Shown: piece by piece, positions 57,445 to 64,000 of the stretch
Layout: each line of letters opens with the position of its first letter
Numbering within the stretch: position 1 is the stretch's first letter
Assembly: GCA_008373205.1 (NCBI GenBank)
Contig: RQOS01000022.1
Coordinates: 1,995 to 65,994, forward strand
DNA length: 64,000 nt
Origin: SAR202 cluster bacterium
GTDB taxonomy: Bacteria > Chloroflexota > Dehalococcoidia > Lucifugimonadales > Lucifugimonadaceae
Direction of reading: 5' to 3'
Translations under genes and position numbers: made by a program
Notes under the pieces: model-generated
What the model was told of the DNA's origin: nothing
Database searches by the model: none
Seen by the model: only the letters and a program-made list of their open reading frames with translations

Positions 57445-60126
57445 CTAGCTTTCTTTGTCTGATTCCTCAATTTTATCCTCAGATGTAGAGTCCTGCAAAT
57501 TATCATTTTCAATTTGTTCTATATTTTCTTCAGATATAGATTCATTCAAATCAGCATTTACCATTTCTTCTGATTTTTCAATTTCCTCAATACTAACGGT
57601 TTTTCTAACCTTTCTATTATCTTGAACATAATTTATAAATAGTCCACTTATAGCATCTCCAGCATTTGGTTTTACAATAGTAACTCCTTGAGCAACCCTA
57701 CCAGTTCGTCTTATTTCTCCTAAATTAGTTCTTATAATTTGAGCCTTATCTGTCAACAAGAACAAAAATCCTTCTTCTGTCTTTCCTTTTGTTTTGCCTT
57801 TGTTTTCATCCTTTATGGCTTTTGCAGCATTAATTACTTCTTCAGTAACTACTGCACCTCCTGCCACTTTACCTGTCTTATCAGTCACCTTAAGAGTCAA
57901 GACTCCAGATCCACCTCTATTTTGGATTCTGTAGTTTCTAAATTCACTTATTTTACCTATTCCTCTTCGCCCTATAATTAATAAGGAGTCTTCATCATTT
58001 ACAACTCCACTATAAACAACTACGTCTTGTGCAGTCTTCATTTTGATTCCTCTAATTCCTCCCGCTCCTCTTTGAGTAGGCCTAACTTGTGAGGAAGGGA
58101 ATCTAATAGACATTCCATCTCTAGTAATTATTGTTACGTCTTCATTTTCATCTGCTAAAGAAACCGAAATCAATTCATCATCCTTAGAAAGCTTAAATGT
58201 ATTTAGCCCCGCTCTGTTTATATTTCTTACCAGAGGTAGGTGCATTCTTTTTACTTTACCTGCCTTTGTAATCATTATTAAATATGTATCTTCAAGCAAA
58301 CTTGTAACAGTTAACATGGCTGTGACTTTTTCGTTTGGAGCCAAATTAATTATATTTGAAACAGGTGTTCCCCTAGAGGTTCTAGATTGATCAGCAGGTA
58401 ATTCAAATACCCTTAATTTAAATACCCTTCCTTTATCTGTAAAAAACAACAAAGTATCATGTGTGTTAGCAACCTGAAGGTATGGAACAATATCACCATC
58501 TTTTGTCATTTTCTGACCTACCTTACCCTTACCTCCTCTATGCTGAGCTCTATATGTAGTTTCTAAAATTCTTTTTACATACCCACCTTTTGAAAGAGTG
58601 ATAACAACATCAAGACTAGGTTCCATATCTTCTCTTTTCCATTCCTTAAGGTCCATTTCATTGACCTTTGTCCTTCTTTCTTCACCGTACTTTCTTTTTA
58701 ATTGCAATGTTTCTGTTTTAATAACGCTCAAAATTCTTTTCTGATTTGACAAAAGATCTTCTAAGTCTTCAACAAGTTCAGATAATTCCTTAAATTCGTT
58801 CTCAATCTTTTCTATTTCTAATGCAGCTAATCTTCTTAATTGCATATCTAATATAGCTTGTGCTTGGATTTCACTCAAATCAAATTCTGTGATCAAAGCG
58901 TTACGAGCAGTTTCAACGTCTTCTGAAGCTCGAATTAATTCTATAACTTTATCTAGATTTTTAATTGCTATTCTCAGACCTTCTAAAACATGCAGCCTAG
59001 CCTTAGCTCTTTTTAGATCATATTCTGCACGTCTTCTAATAACCTCTTCTCGGAAAGAAATATAATGATTTATAGTTTGCTTCAAATTCAATATCTGAGG
59101 AGTACCATCAACTAAAGCAATCATATTTACGGAGAAAGAAGATCTAAGTTGAGTTTGCTTATATAGATTATTCAAAATAAGACTAGAAGATGCCCCTTTC
59201 CTTAGCTCAAGAACAATTCTCATACCTTTTCTATCAGATTCATCTCTAACTTCTGAAACGCCTTCTAATTTTTTACCCTTAATCAATTCAGCTATCTTCA
59301 TAACCAATGTGGCTTTGTTTACCTGATAAGGTATTTCAGTAAAAACCAATCTTTCCCTATCTTGTTTTTTTACATCTTCAATAATATGTTTCGCTTGTAC
59401 AACTACTCTTCCTCTTCCGGTTGCAAAAGCATCTCTTACCCCTGAAAGACCCCATATCTCTGCACCTGTTGGAAAGTCAGGAGCCTTTACAACTTTCATT
59501 AGATCATCCACATTAGCCTGAGGATTTTCAATCACAAGAGTTATACCATCACAAATCTCACTAAGATTATGAGGCGCAATATTTGTTGCCATGCCAACTG
59601 CAATACCAGAAGCCCCATTGACTAGAAGATTAGGTAAAATAGCAGGTAATACAGATGGTTCTTGTAAAGATTGATCAAAGTTATCTACCCAATCAATAGT
59701 TTCTTTTTCAATATCTCCTAGAAGGCTTTCAGTAATAGGTGAAAGTTTACATTCGGTATATCTCATAGCAGCTGCAGGATCTCCATCAACACTACCATAG
59801 TTTCCTTGCCCATCCACAAGTGTATGTCTCATGGAAAAAGGCTGAGCCATTCTTACTTGAGCAGCATAAACAGAAGAGTCTCCATGAGGATGATATTTAC
59901 CTAAAACCTCTCCAACTAGTCTCGCACTTTTTTTATAAGATGAATTAGGCCTCATACCTTGATCGTGCATTGCATAAAGCACTCTTCTTTGCACAGGCTT
60001 AAGTCCATCTCTAACATCAGGTAGAGCTCTTGAAACAATTACACTCATTGCATAATCAAGATATGAACTTTTCATTTCATCTTGAATATCTACTTTTTTT
60101 ATTTCACCAAGATTATCTGTTACCAT
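57445..60126 (-). CDS. gyrA: DNA gyrase subunit A
   Basis: [26 protein letters not shown], catalytic Tyr in AAMRYTE. Beta-pinwheel CTD and a long acidic tail. GAGGG SD. Confidence 0.95.
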   Translation of the reverse strand: MVTDNLGEIKKVDIQDEMKSSYLDYAMSVIVSRALPDVRDGLKPVQRRVLYAMHDQGMRPNSSYKKSARLVGEVLGKYHPHGDSSVYAAQVRMAQPFSMRHTLVDGQGNYGSVDGDPAAAMRYTECKLSPITESLLGDIEKETIDWVDNFDQSLQEPSVLPAILPNLLVNGASGIAVGMATNIAPHNLSEICDGITLVIENPQANVDDLMKVVKAPDFPTGAEIWGLSGVRDAFATGRGRVVVQAKHIIEDVKKQDRERLVFTEIPYQVNKATLVMKIAELIKGKKLEGVSEVRDESDRKGMRIVLELRKGASSSLILNNLYKQTQLRSSFSVNMIALVDGTPQILNLKQTINHYISFREEVIRRRAEYDLKRAKARLHVLEGLRIAIKNLDKVIELIRASEDVETARNALITEFDLSEIQAQAILDMQLRRLAALEIEKIENEFKELSELVEDLEDLLSNQKRILSVIKTETLQLKRKYGEERRTKVNEMDLKEWKREDMEPSLDVVITLSKGGYVKRILETTYRAQHRGGKGKVGQKMTKDGDIVPYLQVANTHDTLLFFTDKGRVFKLRVFELPADQSRTSRGTPVSNIINLAPNEKVTAMLTVTSLLEDTYLIMITKAGKVKRMHLPLVRNINRAGLNTFKLSKDDELISVSLADENEDVTIITRDGMSIRFPSSQVRPTQRGAGGIRGIKMKTAQDVVVYSGVVNDEDSLLIIGRRGIGKISEFRNYRIQNRGGSGVLTLKVTDKTGKVAGGAVVTEEVINAAKAIKDENKGKTKGKTEEGFLFLLTDKAQIIRTNLGEIRRTGRVAQGVTIVKPNAGDAISGLFINYVQDNRKVRKTVSIEEIEKSEEMVNADLNESISEENIEQIENDNLQDSTSEDKIEESDKES

Positions 60127-60161
60127 TTGAACCCTCGAATTTATTATTCATTATTGTGTAA

Positions 60162-60201
60162 TTTATATATTTTCCCACGCGCGCGCGCAAGCGCGCGAGG
60201 G
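60162..60201 (-). promoter_or_regulatory. GC palindrome (possible cruciform, Z-DNA or hairpin) overlapping a predicted gyrA promoter
   Basis: Plus strand CCCACGCGCGCGCGCAAGCGCGCGAGGG (60174-60201). The 7-bp stem is 60180-60186 paired with 60191-60197. On the minus strand, TTGCGC (60190-60185), 17 nt, TATAAA (60167-60162). It is the only GC-rich block I saw in the window. Confidence 0.45.
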
Positions 60202-60214
60202 ATTATTTACGTAG

Positions 60215-60790
60215 TTATGAATTGCTTTCTAAGCATTTGTCCAAAAAGACTGTTATGAGGTTGTTAAAACCTTTAGGCAAATTAGAATCAGTGGGATCAA
60301 AATTAATACCAAAAACCCAATTTTCACCAGGTTTTTCAAAACCAATAATTTCACCTTCTTCTGAAATTATAGATGCAAAAAAAAATTCTGATAATTCTTT
60401 TTGAAAAATAGTATAAGATGGATCTAAATCAGATTTCACCCATCCAGAGCCTCCTATAATATGAGAAAGTTTAGAGCCTGGACTTAAAAAAAGTTGAGGA
60501 GAAGAATTAACCATTTTAATATTTTGAGATTTTTTACCACCAAAATAGGTATTTAAGCCTTCAAATCCTTTATTTATTCCTAAAATTGGAATATTTTTCA
60601 TAAAAATTTCATGAATAATTTTTTTATTTTGATCATTTAGTTTATTTGTAAGTAAAATCAATCCTGATAAATCTTCAGTTAATTTATTTTCTAGTAAAAT
60701 TTCAATTTTTCTATCAACTAACATCTCAGCCAGTACTTTATTTATACTATTTTCTGAAATTATCAAAATACTCAAATTGGAATCCCCCAT
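60215..60790 (-). CDS. class-I glutamine amidotransferase-like (peptidase C26/PuuD-like) protein with the catalytic triad lost
   Basis: PILGINKGFEGLNTYFGG aligns with PxLGICRGxQxLNVxxGG (Cys to Asn). GINFDPTDS aligns with GVQWHPE (His to Asp, Glu to Thr). Start set to ATG 60790. Confidence 0.55.
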   Translation of the reverse strand: MGDSNLSILIISENSINKVLAEMLVDRKIEILLENKLTEDLSGLILLTNKLNDQNKKIIHEIFMKNIPILGINKGFEGLNTYFGGKKSQNIKMVNSSPQLFLSPGSKLSHIIGGSGWVKSDLDPSYTIFQKELSEFFFASIISEEGEIIGFEKPGENWVFGINFDPTDSNLPKGFNNLITVFLDKCLESNS

Positions 60791-61341
60791 AAGCCTAACC
60801 AATTTCTTTTATTATTTTCTAGATTTATTTTTTTAGATTTCAAAAAATCAAATAAAAATTTTTCCATTTCTTCATTTCTATCTCCTACATTATGTGAAGT
60901 TGGAGCAAATGGATAAAAAGATTGTAAATCCATACGATAAATCAAAAAACATTTTTCAGTAAGATCATTGAAATTAATTGAAAATTTCAATGCTACTCCA
61001 ATTACATTTTTAATGCTTTCGTGACTGTTTATTGCATTAATAGTTGTATAAATTGATGAGAGTAAATCAAATGATTGATCATCAGATAACATTATCCAAT
61101 TCATATCTTCACTATCTTTAATTATTTGAACTTTAGTATCTGTTGATCCTTCACCATCATTTAGTATAACCTCGAGATTTGATTGTAAATTTTTAAAAAA
61201 ATCATTTTTTGATAAGTTAGATACTAATAGCCCTGAAATAGGCATAATATTAAAATCATATTCATCATTCTTAATATTTAATAATTTTTCAAAATCTAGC
61301 CATAATTCATTCAAAAAATCTTTCTTAAAAAAACTAATCAA
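60772..61341 (-). CDS. hypothetical acidic protein
   Basis: 189-aa ORF with no motif I recognise. Overlaps the next gene start, so it is co-oriented and probably co-transcribed with the GATase-like gene. Confidence 0.4.
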   Translation of the reverse strand: MISFFKKDFLNELWLDFEKLLNIKNDEYDFNIMPISGLLVSNLSKNDFFKNLQSNLEVILNDGEGSTDTKVQIIKDSEDMNWIMLSDDQSFDLLSSIYTTINAINSHESIKNVIGVALKFSINFNDLTEKCFLIYRMDLQSFYPFAPTSHNVGDRNEEMEKFLFDFLKSKKINLENNKRNWLGLWGIPI

Positions 61342-61402
61342 AAAATACTCCTCTCATTTTTATATTTAATCAATTATCATTATAATCTCATAAAAAAAAT
61401 AT

Positions 61403-62317
61403 ATGGATAAAACAACAAATAAAAAAATCAATAACGTGCTTCATGATTCTATAAATCAAGCTTTAGAATTAATTAAGACATCTATTACTAAGAGCTACGA
61501 AATCTCAGACAAAAATAAAATCAAAGGAGATAATCCTGTCACTGATATTGATATAGAAACTCAAAACTTAATCCTAAAAAAAATAAAAAAAGAGTTCCCC
61601 GAACATGGAATTTTAGGAGAAGAAGGTGACACAACAGAAAAAGTGCAGTCTGATTATTTATGGATTATAGACCCAATTGATGGAACAAAAAATTTTATAA
61701 ACCAAATACCTTTATATTGTGTTTCCATAGCAGTATTTTATAAAGGAGACCCTATAATGGGCGCTATAGGACTTCCATGGGATAAAAATAGCATTATTTC
61801 AGCTGTAAAGGGAGAAGGCATAGTTTCTAATTTTAAAAAACAAAGATCAGAAAAAACAGAATCTAAACCATCTGCTGGAATATTAGCGTTTGCACCTTCA
61901 CATTTCACTATAGGAAACATAGTAAAAAAGAAATTTTTCCTAAATTCAGGTGAATTAAGAAATTTAGGTTCAACTGCAGCTGAATTAGCACTTGTAGCTA
62001 ATGGTAATGCTCAATTAGCTATTTCTGGATATGCCTTTACATGGGATTTTGCAGCAGCTTGGATACTAGTTAAAGAATCTGGAAAAAAAATTTATTCTGG
62101 TGATATGTCAATGAATCAATGGATCGAAAATAATCCATGGAAAAAGTTTTTCAATGAAGGAAATTATAATCTAAAAGAATTAAAAAATTGGAGAGGTAAA
62201 TTTTTAGGGTGTGATAAAAATATTGCAGAATTTATGATCTCAAATATTAAGCCAAATGGAAGAAAAAGTAATAACTTATTTCGTAAAATCAGAAGGTTTT
62301 TTTATATCAATGGATAG
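61403..62317 (+). CDS. inositol monophosphatase-family phosphatase (SuhB/CysQ/HisN-like)
   Basis: GILGEEG, WIIDPIDGTKNF and TWDFAAA motifs. Confidence 0.85.
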   Translation: MDKTTNKKINNVLHDSINQALELIKTSITKSYEISDKNKIKGDNPVTDIDIETQNLILKKIKKEFPEHGILGEEGDTTEKVQSDYLWIIDPIDGTKNFINQIPLYCVSIAVFYKGDPIMGAIGLPWDKNSIISAVKGEGIVSNFKKQRSEKTESKPSAGILAFAPSHFTIGNIVKKKFFLNSGELRNLGSTAAELALVANGNAQLAISGYAFTWDFAAAWILVKESGKKIYSGDMSMNQWIENNPWKKFFNEGNYNLKELKNWRGKFLGCDKNIAEFMISNIKPNGRKSNNLFRKIRRFFYING

Positions 62318-63042
62318 GGAACGTTTGCATTGGGATCAAGTATAGGTAATTTTTTATGATGTATAAGTTCTTTACATCTAGAAATCAAAGAATTAATTTC
62401 CTCCTCAGAAATTAATTCAGATAATATAAGATAAATTTTCTCTTTATTTTCTATTTCATTTACAAGTTTTTTTATTTGTCTTAACTGTTTATCACTTATT
62501 TCAGAGTTGTTGAATTCAAACATTACTGTTCTAAATCTAGTGTAAGGGTTGAAAGTTAATGCTTGGTCGATAGCCCAAATCTCATTAGAATCATCTAAAA
62601 TTATTGATCCAGCCTTTCTATCAGTATTCAATATTATAAAATCAAAAATTATTACTTTCTTTAATTCTTCCTTATGGGATTCATACAAAGTGAAGTAATT
62701 TTCCTTGGGATTATGTTTGATAAATAATTGAAAACTTCCTAAACCATAAGGGCCTTCACGTATTATTAAGGGAGGTAAGCTAGGCCAACCAAAGAATTTT
62801 GAAATTTCATAAGCAGCTTTTTCTCTAGAAAAAAGATTCCCTGTAAAGAAATCTACAAGAGGCCTCTCTCCTCTTAATGGTTTATAGACTGATAAAAATG
62901 TTTGTTTTTCGGACTCTAATTCACACAGAAAAACTCTATTTGAACCTTCATAAATCTCGTTTACAGTCTTAATTTTATAATTTATTAATTTATTTTCCGA
63001 AAATTCTAATTCAGACAATTTTAATATTCTCAATATGACCAT
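62302..63042 (-). CDS. SCO1664-family protein (PI3/4-kinase-like fold, function unknown)
   Basis: GSNRVFLC...VYKPLRGERPLVDFFTGNLFSREKAAYEIS..GWPSLPPLIIREGPYGLGSFQLFI matches the family consensus as I recall it. The start could instead be an internal TTG (63033 or 63018). Confidence 0.72.
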   Translation of the reverse strand: MVILRILKLSELEFSENKLINYKIKTVNEIYEGSNRVFLCELESEKQTFLSVYKPLRGERPLVDFFTGNLFSREKAAYEISKFFGWPSLPPLIIREGPYGLGSFQLFIKHNPKENYFTLYESHKEELKKVIIFDFIILNTDRKAGSIILDDSNEIWAIDQALTFNPYTRFRTVMFEFNNSEISDKQLRQIKKLVNEIENKEKIYLILSELISEEEINSLISRCKELIHHKKLPILDPNANVPYPLI

Positions 63043-63517
63043 TCAGCTTAATACAAAAATGACCATCTTCATTTATTGGATTAAAACATAGGCCACATAT
63101 TGGCCTTCCTTTTGAAACTATTACTAGGGCTTCTTTAGATGTTTTTTGAGCTAATACATTCTGATATGTGAAGGTAGCAGCTAAAGTTTTATCATCTCCA
63201 TCAACAGCTACAAAATAAAAGTCTATATAATCTTCATTTGATTGATATTCTAAAGCAAAGTCAACAAGTTTATATTCAAGTGGACTTTCTGAATTGGAAA
63301 GATTTAAATTTTGAAAAGATTTTTTATTAGAAAAGGATTCAAATTTTTTAACATCTTGAAACATTAAAGCAAGCTGTTGCTTTTCAAGCCATAATTTTAT
63401 GAAATGATCTTTACAAGAGATTTCAATAATAAAAGTCCTATGACCTGGCTTCCCATAGGAATTTGGAGTAATTTGAAAACATTCTCCTAAATTTAAATAT
63501 TTTTCTTTATCTTTCAA
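63011..63517 (-). CDS. DUF3090 protein
   Basis: YGKPGHRTFIIE...LWLEKQQLALM and the C-terminal zinc-ribbon-like KGRPICGLCFNPINEDGHFCIKLNGH. Confidence 0.78.
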   Translation of the reverse strand: MKDKEKYLNLGECFQITPNSYGKPGHRTFIIEISCKDHFIKLWLEKQQLALMFQDVKKFESFSNKKSFQNLNLSNSESPLEYKLVDFALEYQSNEDYIDFYFVAVDGDDKTLAATFTYQNVLAQKTSKEALVIVSKGRPICGLCFNPINEDGHFCIKLNGHIENIKIV

Positions 63518-63628
63518 AACAAATTTTCTTAGAAATTATTTAACATTTTAATGAGATTATATTAGATTATTACCCTAATAATAGATATATTGGATATATC
63601 ACCTTAAATTTTTCTAGATAAATTATTA

Positions 63629-64000
63629 ATGCAAGCAGAAAATAAAATAGAAATTTACGATACCACTTTGAGAGATGGAACTCAACAAAGTGGAATAAAT
63701 CTATCTTTGGAAGAAAAGATCCTAATAACCCAAAAATTGGATGAACTTGGTGTCGATTTTATTGAGGGAGGATTTGCTGGATCAAATCCAAAAGATGAAG
63801 AATACTTTAAGAGAGTTAAGAAACTTAATCTAAAAAATTCTAAAATTGTTTCTTTCGGTCAAACCAGAAAAGCTAATAATAACGTTGAAAATGATATTTT
63901 TATGAATGCTTTAATATCTGCTGAGACTGATTATGTAACTATAGTAGGCAAAGCGAGTGCCTATCAAACTGAAAAAATTCTTAAGACATCTCTAGAAGAA
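63629..64000 (+). CDS. citramalate / 2-isopropylmalate synthase family (CimA-like), 5' fragment running off the window
   Basis: My translation from ATG 63629: MQAENKIEIYDTTLRDGTQQSGINLSLEEKILITQKLDELGVDFIEGGFAGSNPKDEEYFKRV. Open to the window end. Confidence 0.8.
   Translation, partial: MQAENKIEIYDTTLRDGTQQSGINLSLEEKILITQKLDELGVDFIEGGFAGSNPKDEEYFKRVKKLNLKNSKIVSFGQTRKANNNVENDIFMNALISAETDYVTIVGKASAYQTEKILKTSLEE

Noticed and set aside
60174-60201. The GC palindrome as a CRISPR repeat, REP/MITE copy or tRNA fragment.
   Set aside because: It is a single copy in 64 kb with no flanking repeats, spacers or target-site duplications, and it is too short for any structured RNA gene. It is kept as a regulatory/terminator candidate instead.
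325-61920. Short ORFs in the supplied track that lie antisense to, or out of frame within, longer well-supported genes. They are: 325-522, 1134-1394, 2769-3014, 3007-3213, 3140-3364, 4540-4749, 5476-5682, 5696-5911, 6540-6749, 6855-7097, 7021-7209, 10234-10455, 10259-10447, 11879-12070, 14566-14748, 14902-15114, 15429-15623, 17343-17540, 17722-17970, 20949-21146, 21073-21321, 22279-22569, 26548-26784, 31454-31660, 32993-33193, 34552-34845, 35848-36135, 37073-37267, 37077-37259, 39194-39400, 41070-41270, 44151-44528, 47543-47785, 47938-48213, 49581-49772, 54656-54841, 57739-57981, 60222-60404, 61738-61920.
   Set aside because: Each is fully shadowed by a gene with clear family motifs. They have low-complexity or biased translations, no SD-spaced starts that I could see, and no recognisable domains. 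Long shadow ORFs are expected on the opposite strand of AT-rich coding DNA.
1-64000. rRNA, tRNA, CRISPR arrays, transposases, integrases and prophage genes.
   Set aside because: All intergenic gaps are about 235 nt or shorter and almost pure A/T, apart from the one GC palindrome. None can hold a tRNA-like GC-paired cloverleaf or a repeat-spacer array. No ORF shows DDE, tyrosine-recombinase or serine-recombinase motifs.

Overview
This is an AT-rich, very gene-dense 64-kb chromosomal segment; GC content was judged by eye, not computed. I call about 75 protein-coding genes. Many junctions are 0-10 nt or overlap, and several convergent gene pairs share overlapping stop codons. I found no rRNA, tRNA, CRISPR array, transposase, integrase or prophage signature. 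All functional calls come from motifs I recognised in the supplied translations; no database search was run.

Content in order:
- NYN-domain protein, then a small catabolic cluster (enolase-superfamily enzyme, tandem ABM domain, SDR, MFS transporter)
- rlmB-like methyltransferase and sufBCDU
- gatB, secG, cysS, ispDF
- HspR-like regulator with clpC
- squalene-type isoprenoid cluster (polyprenyl synthase, HpnC-like, HpnE-like)
- Ni-superoxide dismutase sodN with its protease sodX
- a tight operon joining pxpABC with OadG, a biotin carrier, OadB and TauE
- ketoacid dehydrogenase E1 alpha and beta
- a complete alternative complex III (ACIII) locus followed directly by ccmH, ccmF and a thioredoxin
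- HadAB-like dehydratase with plsX, fabG and an enoyl reductase
- iscA and ygfZ, a PduO-type adenosyltransferase, hisH-A-F-(HAD)-IE
- rpmE, rpmA, rplU
- a gyrA, flavin reductase, glycosyltransferase operon
- inositol-monophosphatase-family gene with the SCO1664-family and DUF3090 pair
- the 5' end of a citramalate/isopropylmalate synthase

The marker combination (HspR, NiSOD/SodX, DUF3090 with SCO1664, HadAB-like dehydratase, ACIII) suggests a streamlined marine Chloroflexota- or Actinobacteriota-like bacterium. That is inference only.

Best candidate for an undescribed system: the pxpABC-oadG-BCCP-oadB operon. It has a Na+-pump decarboxylase membrane module but no canonical carboxyltransferase or biotin carboxylase. 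The KipI/KipA-type PxpBC proteins, which are homologues of the urea-carboxylase carboxyltransferase domain, may fill that role.

Other points worth a second look:
- a unique (CG)n palindrome embedded in the predicted gyrA promoter
- three genes whose only SD-spaced start codon is ATT or ATC
- a rearranged ACIII with a split ActB
- a catalytically dead GATase-like gene
- the conserved-unknown DUF3090/SCO1664 module
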